Shown here piece after piece: positions 1 to 10,885 of a stretch of 64,000 nt of DNA (positions are counted from its first letter, which is position 1; each line of letters begins with the position of its first letter). Below the pieces are notes generated by a model. That model had not been told where the DNA came from. It made no database searches and saw only the letters and a list, made by a program, of their open reading frames with translations. Origin of the DNA: Veillonella sp. (lineage in GTDB: Bacteria > Bacillota > Negativicutes > Veillonellales > Veillonellaceae); the NCBI RefSeq assembly GCF_041333735.1, contig NZ_JBGKFB010000001.1, positions 561,376 to 625,375 of the forward strand, in the 5' to 3' direction. The position numbers and the translations under genes were made by a program.

Positions 1-312
1 CCCTCTTATATCTCCACACAGAGAATGTTTCATTGTTATTTCACTTTAATTATATGAATGATTTTCGATAAGGTCAACACGAATACTTGTATATAAACGA
101 GATTTAAAAAACATCTAAATCATCATAACTCACTTTTAATAACTCACTTTTAATTACCAATAAAATACAATCATAACCATCCGTAGAACAGGTAGTTTAC
201 TCTGACCCTATAAGGGGCTTTCTCTAGTGGTATCCCTCTAAAGAGCGCATTGAATAATCTAATCCCCCCTATTACCACTGGCCGCCTCCCTACTCGAAGG
301 CTTTTCTTTTGC

Positions 313-582
313 CTATTTTACTGGCTCACTCGTAAACGGATTGGTATATTCTTTAAAGTTTAATGTATCTTGTGCTATATCTTCTTGTAGTTGATTCCTA
401 ATATGCTCTTTTATCGCTCCTTCGTATCGTCCTACCGCATCCACATAATATCCTCTACACCAGAAATGTCTATTTCCATACTAATATTTTATATTTACAT
501 ATTTATCGAATATCATGAGGCTACTTTTGCTTTTTAAATATCCCATAAAATTCGATACACTTAAATGTGCTGGAATCAAGAG
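313..582 (-). pseudogene. tnpA: 3' fragment of an IS200/IS605-family Y1 transposase, 5'-truncated with an in-frame stop
   Basis: Manual translation LLIPAHLSVSNFMGYLKSKSSLMIFDKYVNIKY*YGNRHFWCRGYYVDAVG...EYTNPFTSEPVK* aligns with the C-terminal half of 777..1238; in-frame TAG at 481-483. Confidence 0.9.
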
Positions 583-587
583 ATTTT

Positions 588-1385
588 ACTGACCCCCAGT
601 TTAACTGGGGTTAGTCATGCCTATTCGGCGTACAATCAGAACCACCCGTAAAACGGGTGGTTTGCTCACGGGCTATAAGCCCGTAGTACTAGGCCAGCGT
701 CTAAAGGCGCTGGCTTTCACTACGTTCAAGCCGCATAGCCATTGACTCGTAACGTTCCCCTTAAAGGGGATGTGTATTACTTGCTACCCTTAAAAGGGTC
801 CTCATATTCTTTTACACTAAGCTTATCTTTCATTTGGTCATGTAACTCTTGCTCACGTATATATTTCTTTACTGTAGCCTCATTTAAACCTACTGTACTA
901 ACATAATAACCCTCGGACCAAAAGTGTCGATTTCCAAATTTATACTTTAAGTTTGCGTGTTTATCGAACATCATTAGTGCACTTTTCCCTTTTAAGTATC
1001 CCATAAAAGATGATACTGATATTTTAGGTGGGATTAATACTAGCATATGCACATGATCAGCCATAAGCTCCCCCTCGATAATCTTGACGCCCTTATATTC
1101 ACATAAACGTCTCAATATTTCACGTAAACTATTTCTGTATTGATTATATATAACTTTACGTCTATACTTAGGTGTAAATACTATGTGGTATTTGCATAAC
1201 CATTTTGTGTGCGCAAGGCTCTGTGTCTTTGTTGCCATATAAAATCACCTTTCTTTTGCATATAATGCGGCTTGAACACCTACATTATACTTAAGCAAGG
1301 TGATTTTTTTGTATAACTTTCGTTGCCGCACCCGCATAGCGGGTGGTTTAATGATTCGCGACTACATCGCGAACCAGTCTAAAGA
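588..1385 (-). mobile_element. IS200-type element (tnpA only, no tnpB); boundaries approximate
   Basis: Intact tnpA flanked by several hairpins (near 590-615, 640-662, 692-715, 758-769, 1330-1345, 1356-1372); 1241-1251 pairs with 1297-1307 over the RBS. Confidence 0.8.
777..1238 (-). CDS. tnpA: IS200/IS605-family Y1 (HUH) transposase
   Basis: HIVFTPKYRR, HUH motif DHVHML, FWSEGYY, catalytic YIREQ. Confidence 0.97.
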   Translation of the reverse strand: MATKTQSLAHTKWLCKYHIVFTPKYRRKVIYNQYRNSLREILRRLCEYKGVKIIEGELMADHVHMLVLIPPKISVSSFMGYLKGKSALMMFDKHANLKYKFGNRHFWSEGYYVSTVGLNEATVKKYIREQELHDQMKDKLSVKEYEDPFKGSK

Positions 1386-1397
1386 CAATAATATAAG

Positions 1398-1430
1398 AAA
1401 AAGACCACCCGCAAGCTGGGTGGTCTTTTT
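1398..1430. terminator. Intrinsic terminator (bidirectional form) downstream of the small peptide ORF
   Basis: AAAAAGACCACCC-GCAAGCT-GGGTGGTCTTTTT. Confidence 0.75.
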
Positions 1431-1447
1431 GCTGGGGAATGAAATTG

Positions 1448-1525
1448 TTATTTGAATAAAGGCAGTAAAGCGTTAGCTAAACCAGTAAGCGCTGCCAAGA
1501 TTGCTTTAACGATTGCTGCAACCAT
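1448..1525 (-). CDS. Putative 25-aa amphipathic peptide MVAAIVKAILAALTGLANALLPLFK (not in ORF track)
   Basis: GAAGGAGG RBS 7 nt before ATG; TAA stop followed by a terminator 17 nt later. Confidence 0.7.
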   Translation of the reverse strand: MVAAIVKAILAALTGLANALLPLFK

Positions 1526-1907
1526 TTCTCTTCCTCCTTCTCATATAAGAACAAGAACTAAACTAACTATAAACATCTTAAACCAGGAAATTAGTTTTTA
1601 TATGAAATGCGTAAAAATTTACACATTAAAATTTCATGAACCAAATAACGAAGTCTTAATTGATATGAATAGTTACATGAGAAAGATAGCATACAATGAA
1701 TTCATAAATTTCTATAAAATTTTAATAATCAACAAACTAAGAGATATAGATTTTCATAAACGCACTTACAGGAGGGATACATATAACAAGAAAACCCTTC
1801 TCTCACTACTTTAGTATAAGAATAACTAAAGATAGTATAGAAAAGGGTTTCTATTTAACAGTCAAAGCATAATACACAAGGTTATCTTAAGTATTACACA
1901 CTTTTGA

Positions 1908-4742
1908 TTATAGAGACTTAACAACCTCTGCACAGCGATGACAAAGTGTAGGGTGTTCGCTATCTCGACCTACTGTATCGCGGTGGATCCAGCAACGTTC
2001 ACATTTTTCAAGTTCAGATGGAGCAACTACTGTTGCAACGCCTGTTTCTTCGTCTTTTACAGCCTCTGCTGGAGCAGCGCCATTTACGATGTGAGCTTCG
2101 GATACGATAACAAGTTTAGCCAAGCCTTCTTCACCAAGAGCGTTCAATGCGTCGAATGCAGCGCCTTCAGCATATACTGTAACGGATGCATCCAATGGGT
2201 GACCGATTGTTTTGTTTTGACGAGCCAATTCCAATGCTTTTTGTACGGATGTACGCAAGTCTAATAATTGGTTCCATTTATCAGCCAATTCTTGGTTGAA
2301 GTGTTCAGGATGACCTTGTGGCCAATCTTGAAGCATAACGGATTCAGGCATGCCTTCTTCTTTAGGCATGTATTTCCAAACTTCTTCTGCTGTGAAAGAA
2401 AGTACAGGAGATACCATAGCTACCAATGTTTTCAAGATTTCGTACATTGCTGTTTGAGCAGAACGACGAGCTACGTTGTTTTTGCTTTCAGCATACATAG
2501 TATCTTTCATTACATCAAGGTAGATGGAGCTCAAGTCTACTGTACAGAAGTTATGAATTGCATGGTATAACATGTGGAATTCATAGTTTTCGTATGCTTC
2601 AGTAACCTTTTGACGTACTTCTTCTAAGCGCAACAATGCCCATTTATCGAATTCGGACATATCTGCATAAGCCACTTTGTCAGTGTTTGGATTGAAGTCA
2701 TCCAAGTTACCAAGCAAGAATCGGAATGTATTACGGATTTTACGATATACTTCGGATAATTGTTTTACGATGTCTTTGGACAAACGTACGTCTGCTTGGT
2801 AATCCGCGGAGGATACCCACAAACGCATAACGTCAGCGCCGTATACGTCGATGATGTCGCTAGGAGCTACTGTATTACCTACAGATTTAGACATTTTGCG
2901 ACCTTCACCGTCCACAACGAAGCCGTGAGTCAATACGGAGTTGTATGGTGCTTTACCTGTTGTTGCCACTGCAGTCAACAAGGAAGAGTTGAACCAACCG
3001 CGATGTTGGTCAGAACCTTCAAGGTACATAGCACATGGTACATCTAAGCCGTTAACTTCAAGTACGCCAGCCCAAGAGGAACCAGAGTCGAACCATACGT
3101 CCATGATGTCTGTTTCTTTTTTGAACTCATCATGACCACAATGAGGACATTTGAAACCTTCTGGCAATAATTCTTTTGCACTGTGAGCCCACCAAGCATC
3201 AGAGCCTTCTACAGCTACTTTTGCTTGTAATGCTTTGATAGTATCATCGTTGATGATATGCTCGCCGCAGCTTTCACAATAGTAAATAGGAATTGGCACG
3301 CCCCAAATACGTTGACGGGAAATTACCCAGTCACCACGGTCGCGAACCATGTTGAAGATACGATCATGGCCCCATTTAGGAATCCATTGTACTTGGTTGT
3401 CGATCGCATCAAGCGCTTGTTGACGGTACCCATCTACAGAGGAGAACCATTGTTCTGTAGCACGGTAGATTACAGGATTTTTACAACGCCAGCAGTGAGC
3501 ATATTGGTGACGCAAGCTAGATTTGTGAAGCAATGAATTGTTGTGCGCCAAGATTTTAATAACAGGCACTTCTGCATCGTGAATTTCTACGCCAGCCAAT
3601 GGGAATTCAGTATCGCCATAACGGTTGTCGTCTACTTGTTTAGTGTAGTTACCAGTTTCGTTAACAAGGGATACGATAGGAAGCTCAGTTTTGCCTTCCT
3701 TGTTATAACGCATAACGATGTTAAAGTCGTCTTCACCGTGTGCAGGAGCTGTATGTACACAACCAGTACCTGCTTCAAGTGTTACATGATCGCCACACAA
3801 TACAGTAGAATTACGTTCTACGAATGGATGTTTGAATTCAGCCAATTCTAAGTCTGCGCCGGAGAAACGATTTACGATTTCGTAGTCTTCGATACCGATA
3901 TCTTTCATAGCCGCATCAACGAGTTCAGTAGCCATCAAGTAGTATTCGTCGCCTACTTTTACCCAACCATATTCAAGGTCAGGGTTAACGGAAATAGCTA
4001 CGTTGGCAGGCATTGTCCAAGGAGTAGTTGTCCAAATAACAGAGTATGCTTGTTTTGGATCTACGCCAGCTGGCAATGTCACCTTTTTCTCGGATACGTA
4101 AGGGAATTTTACGTAGATAGAGAAGGATTTTTTCTCAGCGTATTCGATTTCTGCTTCTGCCAATGCAGTTTCGCAGTGAGTACACCAGTATACAGTTTTA
4201 AGACCTTTGTAGATATGGCCACGTTTCGCCATTTCGCCAAAGATGCCAAGTTGTTTTACTTCAAACTCAGGGCGCAATGTCAAATAAGGGCGTTCCCATT
4301 CGCCTAATACACCAAAGCGAATGAAGTCTTGCTTTTGGTTTTCTACGCATTCCAATGCATATTCCTTACATTTGTTGCGCAAGTCCAATGGAGCCATTTC
4401 ATGACGGTTAAGACCAGTGTTTTTAATAACCGCATGCTCGATTGGCAAACCGTGTGTATCCCAACCAGGGATATAACGTGTATAATGACCAGTCATAGTC
4501 TTGTATTTCATGATAATGTCCTTCAACGTTTTGTTGAGGGCATGACCGATGTGCAATTTACCGTTCGCATATGGAGGGCCATCATGCAAAATGAAAGGTT
4601 TTGCGTCTTTACGCAATTCCAAACGTTTTTGATAAATTTTGTTGTCTTCCCAGAATTTTAAGATTTCTGGTTCGCGCTTAGGCAAATTGCCGCGCATTGG
4701 GAATTCTGTTTCAGGCAAATGTAACGTCTTACCGTAATCCAT
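1908..4742 (-). CDS. ileS: Isoleucine--tRNA ligase (bacterial type 1)
   Basis: HIGH and KMSKS motifs, WTTTPWT editing domain, C-terminal CERCW...CHRC zinc finger. Confidence 0.99.
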   Translation of the reverse strand: MDYGKTLHLPETEFPMRGNLPKREPEILKFWEDNKIYQKRLELRKDAKPFILHDGPPYANGKLHIGHALNKTLKDIIMKYKTMTGHYTRYIPGWDTHGLPIEHAVIKNTGLNRHEMAPLDLRNKCKEYALECVENQKQDFIRFGVLGEWERPYLTLRPEFEVKQLGIFGEMAKRGHIYKGLKTVYWCTHCETALAEAEIEYAEKKSFSIYVKFPYVSEKKVTLPAGVDPKQAYSVIWTTTPWTMPANVAISVNPDLEYGWVKVGDEYYLMATELVDAAMKDIGIEDYEIVNRFSGADLELAEFKHPFVERNSTVLCGDHVTLEAGTGCVHTAPAHGEDDFNIVMRYNKEGKTELPIVSLVNETGNYTKQVDDNRYGDTEFPLAGVEIHDAEVPVIKILAHNNSLLHKSSLRHQYAHCWRCKNPVIYRATEQWFSSVDGYRQQALDAIDNQVQWIPKWGHDRIFNMVRDRGDWVISRQRIWGVPIPIYYCESCGEHIINDDTIKALQAKVAVEGSDAWWAHSAKELLPEGFKCPHCGHDEFKKETDIMDVWFDSGSSWAGVLEVNGLDVPCAMYLEGSDQHRGWFNSSLLTAVATTGKAPYNSVLTHGFVVDGEGRKMSKSVGNTVAPSDIIDVYGADVMRLWVSSADYQADVRLSKDIVKQLSEVYRKIRNTFRFLLGNLDDFNPNTDKVAYADMSEFDKWALLRLEEVRQKVTEAYENYEFHMLYHAIHNFCTVDLSSIYLDVMKDTMYAESKNNVARRSAQTAMYEILKTLVAMVSPVLSFTAEEVWKYMPKEEGMPESVMLQDWPQGHPEHFNQELADKWNQLLDLRTSVQKALELARQNKTIGHPLDASVTVYAEGAAFDALNALGEEGLAKLVIVSEAHIVNGAAPAEAVKDEETGVATVVAPSELEKCERCWIHRDTVGRDSEHPTLCHRCAEVVKSL

Positions 4743-4759
4743 GATGTGCTCCTTTTACA

Positions 4760-5025
4760 TAAAAAAATCGCCCGCCCCCGAAGGGACGGACGTAATATCC
4801 GTGGTACCACCCTACTGACCTTCTGTGAAAGCTAGAATATTCCGAGCATACGAAATAACTAGGCTTCATTTTGTGAAAGCCACTTAGACATATAACGGTG
4901 TTCACCGGCAGGGTTCCTGCTTGCTCCAAAGTGATCCGCAAATCTCTAGATTTCCAAACCTTTCAGCCCATGAGTTTGGTCTCTACTAAATCCTTCTGAG
5001 ACATGCCGTCTTTTTCAACGCAATC
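4760..5025 (-). promoter_or_regulatory. Ile T-box riboswitch
   Basis: AGGGTGGTACCACGG T-box (about 4799-4813), AGAGA/GCTGA stem I motifs, AUC specifier at 4933-4935, terminator CGTCCGTCCC-TTCG-GGGGCGGGCG followed by a T-tract. Confidence 0.93.
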
Positions 5026-5040
5026 TTCATATAATAGATA

Positions 5041-5070
5041 ATTATATGTCTCGTGAGGGGGAGTTGTCAA
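5041..5070 (-). promoter_or_regulatory. Sigma-A promoter for the ileS leader
   Basis: TTGACA-N18-TATAAT. Confidence 0.75.
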
Positions 5071-5167
5071 CTGTATAGATAGTTTAAATTTATAGATGTA
5101 ACACATAAAAATGCCACCTTTATTATGTTCCAATAAAGGTGGCATATTCATATAAATAGACTTTACA

Positions 5168-5698
5168 TTATAGTCCTAAAAAGGACATCCAAATATTAAG
5201 AACTGTGAGACAAATACATGCTAGCATTGCTTTTTGGTCCATACTTTCAGATGGTGTTTCTTTAAGGCCAGTACGGGCAGCTTCTTCAGCTGTGATTGTT
5301 TCATAGCTTACTGGGGAACCATATTGGTTATCGCCTACATCACCTGGTTTAGCCAATAAATAAATGACATATACAAGACCGATGATTGGAACAAATGGAA
5401 GTAGCAAAAACCATCCAGATTTATTAATATCATGCAAACGACGAACTGCAATACCAACAGACGGTAAGAATACAGCACAAGTGTAAGCAAAGGATAATAA
5501 ATTAAAGAAGGATCCCAAGAATGAATGTCCAAAAATAAATCTTAATAGAGTAAGTACAAAACCTATGACAACTGTAACTGCTGTAAAGCGCCAATATTCA
5601 CTGCGACTAGCTCTAGTACTAAAATTAACAAAATTACCAACTACAGAATGCTTGAAGTTATCAATATACGCCAAGTTTTTAATGTTTAAATCAGTCAT
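5168..5698 (-). CDS. DUF805 (YhaH-like) membrane protein
   Basis: NFSTRASRSEYW...VRRLHDINKSGW...DNQYG. Confidence 0.92.
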   Translation of the reverse strand: MTDLNIKNLAYIDNFKHSVVGNFVNFSTRASRSEYWRFTAVTVVIGFVLTLLRFIFGHSFLGSFFNLLSFAYTCAVFLPSVGIAVRRLHDINKSGWFLLLPFVPIIGLVYVIYLLAKPGDVGDNQYGSPVSYETITAEEAARTGLKETPSESMDQKAMLACICLTVLNIWMSFLGL

Positions 5699-5793
5699 AA
5701 TTCTCTCCTATAAAATGACAAATTGAAATTAATTTATTATACAACAAAACAGCCTCCTGCACCATGCAAGAGGCTGTTATTTGTATATATAGT

Positions 5794-6429
5794 TTACATC
5801 GCACTAGTCATTAGCAATCGATCCACTAGGAACCATAGTACAAAGATCGCACATAGTAGTCCTGCTGTAAGACCTGTTGTAGGTGTCGCATCTATTAAAC
5901 CAATTTCATGAGCCATTTGTTTCGTTAGGATAACATGGCCTGTTGGTGAGCCAAAGCGGTTGTCGTGGCTTTCACCAGGAAGAGCCATCAACACTAACAA
6001 TATAATTGTACCAATGACAGGAACAACACCAATAAACACAAGACCACCAGAACGGCCTTGATCGTGCAAGCGTCGTACGGCAACAGCTACGCCAGGAATG
6101 ACCATAACAACGGACATAAGTACAAGAATAACTAGCCCGAAGCCTACACCAACGGCACTAGAGAGCGGACTAATATAGCTCAAGAACGCACAGGTAAATA
6201 GAATGGCTACAAAGAGCAATTGGTACATCAAAAAGAAATTCCAATATTCGCTACGGCTAGCACGGCCTTCAAAGTCAGCGTATTTATAAACAAAGCATTG
6301 TTTAAAGTTTTCAATCATTCCTAGACTATATTTATCTAGCGAAATGGGTGCTTTGCGGATACGTCCACAGTTTGGACAGTATCGTTCACTTTTTAACACC
6401 TCATGTCCACAATATGGACAAGGTCTCAT
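5794..6429 (-). CDS. DUF805 membrane protein with N-terminal zinc ribbon
   Basis: CPYCG...CPNCG plus GRASRSEYW...VRRLHDQGRSG; start moved to the ATG after the AAGGAG RBS. Confidence 0.9.
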   Translation of the reverse strand: MRPCPYCGHEVLKSERYCPNCGRIRKAPISLDKYSLGMIENFKQCFVYKYADFEGRASRSEYWNFFLMYQLLFVAILFTCAFLSYISPLSSAVGVGFGLVILVLMSVVMVIPGVAVAVRRLHDQGRSGGLVFIGVVPVIGTIILLVLMALPGESHDNRFGSPTGHVILTKQMAHEIGLIDATPTTGLTAGLLCAIFVLWFLVDRLLMTSAM

Positions 6430-6646
6430 AATAAACTCCTTCCATCCACAGCAGGAAACAGTGAAGCTCATAAAGTCCTGTTGCTTTAACACATATAGTA
6501 ACTTAGATATGTTTTGAAGTAATCATATCTATATTTTTGAATTCATCTTGATTTCATTTTACTACAAAGTGTTATATTGTCTATAAAGGAGTTGTTAAAC
6601 TTTTATAAAATAAAATAATAAGTATGCTATTTGATACAGGTTATTA

Positions 6647-7216
6647 CTATATATAGCCATTGGCATTAATGCCATACCATAATATATCACCGATAGTATC
6701 ACCAAAGACGATGGATTGAAGAACAAAGATGGTAATACCCATAATCCAGTCTTGTTTTCGAGATGGAGTTTCTTCGAGACCCGTGGATTGACTTATACTA
6801 GTAGTAATAGGAATATAGGCAGTTCTTTCACCGTAACCATTCTCCCCTTCATCGCCACGTTTCAATTCATAGGTTAAGAATATAAATAACCCAATAATTG
6901 GAATAAAGGAAATTATCTGGGTCCAGCCACTGCGCCCAATATCATGCATACGTCGCGTTGTGATGGCAATATTAGGAATCACGAAAAACAGAGTTACTAA
7001 TAGAGTAATCGTGTCAATTATAGACTCAAAATTATAGAGACCCACACCTTTACAGAGGATCGCTACAACCCCTAGCACTCCTTGAACCATCATCATTCCA
7101 GCCATGAACCGCCAGTATTCACTACGGCTCGCACGACCTTTAAAATTAGCGTAGTTTTTGATGCCTAGCACGAAGGCATCGGTATAGTTTAAATCGTATA
7201 CATTTACAGATGCCAT
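6647..7216 (-). CDS. DUF805 membrane protein
   Basis: NFKGRASRSEYW...TRRMHDIGRSGW; start moved to MASVNV after GAGGAGG. Confidence 0.9.
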   Translation of the reverse strand: MASVNVYDLNYTDAFVLGIKNYANFKGRASRSEYWRFMAGMMMVQGVLGVVAILCKGVGLYNFESIIDTITLLVTLFFVIPNIAITTRRMHDIGRSGWTQIISFIPIIGLFIFLTYELKRGDEGENGYGERTAYIPITTSISQSTGLEETPSRKQDWIMGITIFVLQSIVFGDTIGDILWYGINANGYI

Positions 7217-7217
7217 A

Positions 7218-8141
7218 CTAGTCCTCCTCAAACTCTTCAAAACCAATGATTTTCCAGCCGTTACCAATATTATATAAACGTACTAGCATAGATGGTTGTC
7301 CATCTACGAAGTCCACCCTATATCCTAAATAGTCCACCTCTACATCATCATCAGTATCTTGTGATACATAGTCTAATCGTATAGATTCCACAGCAGAGCG
7401 TTGTTCCTTTGCCTTAGACTGCTGCCAGAGATCAAAGGTGCCGTATCGTTCCATTTCACGACTGCTCAAATCGCGATACGCACTATGATAATCGCCATTA
7501 GCAAGTGCTTTGTAATACTCTTGTACCACTAAATAGCCTTCTGTAGTAGCAGAATCACTATGTAATAAACGATTTGCTTTTTTGGTGAAAGCCCCCTGCC
7601 CCAAGTTTCCAAAGGCAGTTTCTTCTATCATATAGTTATGTCCCATCATAGATGTACCTACACTGTTTACAACCCAGCCTAAAACAAGAAGAGCCACGAT
7701 GAAGGCTCCCGAAACAGATCGCTTCTCATGTATACTAGGTTCTACAGATATCTGTTCATTAATTATGCTTGCTTCTTGTGTGGGGGCCGATCTCTTACAC
7801 AACAAAAAGAGCAACGCAATCCATCCTAAAATAGGCACAAAGATGAGAATCATCAAGGTTGGATCATTATTAGAATCACGTAACCGTCTCGCTACCATCA
7901 TAATGGTGGGCAACACTAACACTACTGTTAATGCCGTCAATACGCCACCCCCTAAGGATATGGCATATAAAAATCCAGAAGGTATGAAGGTGGCAAGACC
8001 TGTTATAAATGTAACTAGACCGTATACAAAGGTCATAGCACTGATGGTAAGCCAAAAGTCGGCTGTCGTTGTTCGTCCCTTATGATTCGCATAGTTTTCT
8101 ACTAGCTCACGATAGAGGATTTCAAATACTCTCTGCTTCAT
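7218..8141 (-). CDS. DUF805 membrane protein with an extra C-terminal soluble (NTF2-like?) domain
   Basis: YANHKGRTTTADFW...ARRLRDSN; tail EYYKALANGDYHSAY...GWKI. Confidence 0.8.
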   Translation of the reverse strand: MKQRVFEILYRELVENYANHKGRTTTADFWLTISAMTFVYGLVTFITGLATFIPSGFLYAISLGGGVLTALTVVLVLPTIMMVARRLRDSNNDPTLMILIFVPILGWIALLFLLCKRSAPTQEASIINEQISVEPSIHEKRSVSGAFIVALLVLGWVVNSVGTSMMGHNYMIEETAFGNLGQGAFTKKANRLLHSDSATTEGYLVVQEYYKALANGDYHSAYRDLSSREMERYGTFDLWQQSKAKEQRSAVESIRLDYVSQDTDDDVEVDYLGYRVDFVDGQPSMLVRLYNIGNGWKIIGFEEFEED

Positions 8142-8307
8142 AAATCTCCTACTATATTTAGATATGATACAAACTTAGATAACCCTATTATACTATGCTT
8201 TACCAACCCTATCATTTCATTTTTTGTTCATCAATTTTATCTATACTAATAATATATTTTTTACAACTAAAATTCGTGCAATTAAGTTTGTATAGGAGAT
8301 AATAATT

Positions 8308-8598
8308 ATGAACGCTAAATTGACTAAAGTAGTAGCTATGGCCAGCTTGGCAGCATTCTTATCAGTTGGTATTGGTGCCAATGTAGCACAAGCCAAAGAT
8401 TACCACTTCAAAATTGGTGAAAACCATCGCATGGAAAAGAACGATGATGGCACAGTAGATAGCAGTGCTCATCCATGGTTCAAACCAGATCAAAAGAAAC
8501 ATAGAAAACACAAAATTTCTGAACGTGAAAAACATGACAAAAATGCAACTGCAAAACGCAGTGAACGTCATCAACGTTCCGAATCTACAAACGGCTAA
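8308..8598 (+). CDS. Small secreted His/Lys/Arg-rich hypothetical protein
   Basis: AGGAGA RBS, signal peptide ending AQA, charged tail. Confidence 0.8.
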   Translation: MNAKLTKVVAMASLAAFLSVGIGANVAQAKDYHFKIGENHRMEKNDDGTVDSSAHPWFKPDQKKHRKHKISEREKHDKNATAKRSERHQRSESTNG

Positions 8599-8658
8599 TC
8601 ATTCCCCTTTCATAACTGGTTATCCAGTCATATAACACATAACTAAACTAACTAACCT

Positions 8659-8693
8659 AAAAAGGACGTTATACACATGTATAACGTCCTTTT
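8659..8693. terminator. Bidirectional terminator between the 8308 gene and trpA
   Basis: AAAAGGACGTTATAC...GTATAACGTCCTTTT. Confidence 0.85.
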
Positions 8694-8735
8694 ATTATGT
8701 ATTGTATTATCTATTTTATTATGCGGTAGCTGTTA

Positions 8736-9527
8736 TTATGCGTCAGCTTTTAGCACAGCTTGTTTCATAGATTGTACGTAATCAAACAACGCTTGGTCTG
8801 CATGTTCGCCGTGTTCTGCCACGATTTTAACGATAGCAGAGCCTACGATAGCACCGTCAGATACGCGCGCCATTGCTTCCGCTTGTTCTGGCTTAGAAAT
8901 ACCAAAACCAACGGCTACAGGAATATCTGTATATTTGCGAATTGTCTCAACGATGGATTTAATATCCGTTTTGATTTCGCTACGCATGCCTGTAACCCCG
9001 AGGGAAGACACACAGTACACAAAACCTTCTGCGTCTTTTGCAATCATTTCGATGCGGTTTTCAGATGTAGGAGCAATCAAGGATACCACTTCAACGCCAT
9101 GTTTATTGGCTACACTCCCGAGTTCCCCTTTTTCTTCAAAGGGCATGTCTGGCACGATAACACCAGAGATACCAACCTCTTCGCAGAGGGTAAAGAATTT
9201 TTCACGACCGAATACATAGATTGGGTTCAAGTAGGTCATGAACACGAGTGGTACTGTCACTGCATCATCAGCACTGCGCAAACGACGCACCATATCAAAG
9301 ATATCGTGAATTTTTACGCCTGTAGATAATGCGCGTGTGCTCGCTTCTTGAATTACTGGGCCTTCCGCTGTTGGATCGGAGAAAGGAATACCAATTTCTA
9401 CCATGTCGGCGCCGGCTTTCACCATGACGCGAATATAACGTTCTGTATTCTCAATGCCATGATCACCAGCACTGATGAATGGGATGAATGCCTTGCCCTT
9501 TGTGAAAGCGTCTTTAATTTTACTCAT
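8736..9527 (-). CDS. trpA: Tryptophan synthase alpha chain
   Basis: [34 protein letters not shown]. Confidence 0.98.
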   Translation of the reverse strand: MSKIKDAFTKGKAFIPFISAGDHGIENTERYIRVMVKAGADMVEIGIPFSDPTAEGPVIQEASTRALSTGVKIHDIFDMVRRLRSADDAVTVPLVFMTYLNPIYVFGREKFFTLCEEVGISGVIVPDMPFEEKGELGSVANKHGVEVVSLIAPTSENRIEMIAKDAEGFVYCVSSLGVTGMRSEIKTDIKSIVETIRKYTDIPVAVGFGISKPEQAEAMARVSDGAIVGSAIVKIVAEHGEHADQALFDYVQSMKQAVLKADA

Positions 9528-10713
9528 GAAGATCCACCCCTCTATATTTCGCCATAGCCGCTACGTCTTTGTCACCGCGACCAGATAAACAAATAATAAT
9601 GATATCGTCCTTGCTCATAGTAGGCGCAATTTTACGCGCATGTGCCACTGCATGAGCACTTTCAATAGCTGGAATAATGCCCTCTAAACGAGACAAATAT
9701 TCGAAAGCATCTACTGCTTCATCATCCGTTACAGGTACATATTCAGCGCGACCACTATCGTGCAAGTACGCATGTTCAGGACCGATACCAGGGTAATCAA
9801 GACCTGCGGAGATAGAATATACTGGAGCAATTTGGCCGTCTTCGTCTTGGCAGAAGTAAGATTTCATGCCATGGAAGATACCAACAGAACCTTTTGCAAT
9901 TGTCGCTGCATGTTCCTCTGTATCGATACCGCGACCTGCTGCTTCACAACCGATGAGGCGAACGCCTTCATCAGGAATAAAGTGATAGAACATCCCCATC
10001 GCATTGGAACCGCCACCTACACAAGCCATAACAGCTGTTGGCAATTTACCTTCTGCTTCAAGGATTTGCTCACGCGCTTCACGGCTGATGATGGATTGGA
10101 AGTCACGAACGATCATAGGGAATGGATGAGCGCCCATAACAGAGCCCAACACATAGTGCGTATCAGACATGCGGTTTGTCCATTCGCGCAATGCTTCAGA
10201 AACAGCATCTTTTAACGTACTAGTACCACTTGTTACAGGATGCACCTTAGTGCCTAATAACTCCATGCGATATACATTAAGCGCTTGACGTTCACAGTCT
10301 TCAGCACCCATGTATACTTCACATTCCATGCCCATTAACGCAGCAATAGTAGCTGTTGCCACACCATGTTGACCTGCACCAGTTTCAGCAATAACACGAG
10401 TTTTACCCATCCGTTTTGCCAATAGCATTTGACCGATTACATTGTTCAATTTGTGAGACCCAGTATGGTTCAAATCTTCACGTTTTAAGTAGATTTTAGC
10501 GCCCCCAAGGTCCTTTGTCATGCGTTCTGCATAGTATAAAAGGGATGGACGACCTGTATATTTTTTATGTAAATCCTCAAGTTCGCGCACGAAATCAGGA
10601 TCATCTTTGTACTTGTTGTATGCCTCTTCCAATTCGATGACTGCATTCATCAATGTTTCTGGCATAAATTGGCCACCGAAGGAGCCAAAATAACCATGTC
10701 TTTGTTCACTCAT
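9520..10713 (-). CDS. trpB: Tryptophan synthase beta chain
   Basis: [29 protein letters not shown]; start set at MSEQRH. Confidence 0.98.
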   Translation of the reverse strand: MSEQRHGYFGSFGGQFMPETLMNAVIELEEAYNKYKDDPDFVRELEDLHKKYTGRPSLLYYAERMTKDLGGAKIYLKREDLNHTGSHKLNNVIGQMLLAKRMGKTRVIAETGAGQHGVATATIAALMGMECEVYMGAEDCERQALNVYRMELLGTKVHPVTSGTSTLKDAVSEALREWTNRMSDTHYVLGSVMGAHPFPMIVRDFQSIISREAREQILEAEGKLPTAVMACVGGGSNAMGMFYHFIPDEGVRLIGCEAAGRGIDTEEHAATIAKGSVGIFHGMKSYFCQDEDGQIAPVYSISAGLDYPGIGPEHAYLHDSGRAEYVPVTDDEAVDAFEYLSRLEGIIPAIESAHAVAHARKIAPTMSKDDIIIICLSGRGDKDVAAMAKYRGVDLHE

Positions 10714-10885
10714 ATAACTTACCTTTCCATATACCATTCCTGCTAGCACGCCTGTATAGCGTTACTACTGGCATCTATCTCAACAATCGATGAATTCCAT
10801 CGGATGTGTCTAAAATATTATTATATCTTAGATTTATGTATTTTCTATGATTACTCGCCTATAATAGGCCTTATTCTTTCAACAT

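Noticed and set aside
1452..1814. 120-aa plus-strand ORF
   Set aside because: No RBS or recognisable motif; it is antisense to the better-supported 25-aa peptide gene
4729..5151. Short ORFs 4729-4941 and 4963-5151
   Set aside because: They overlap the Ile T-box leader and its promoter
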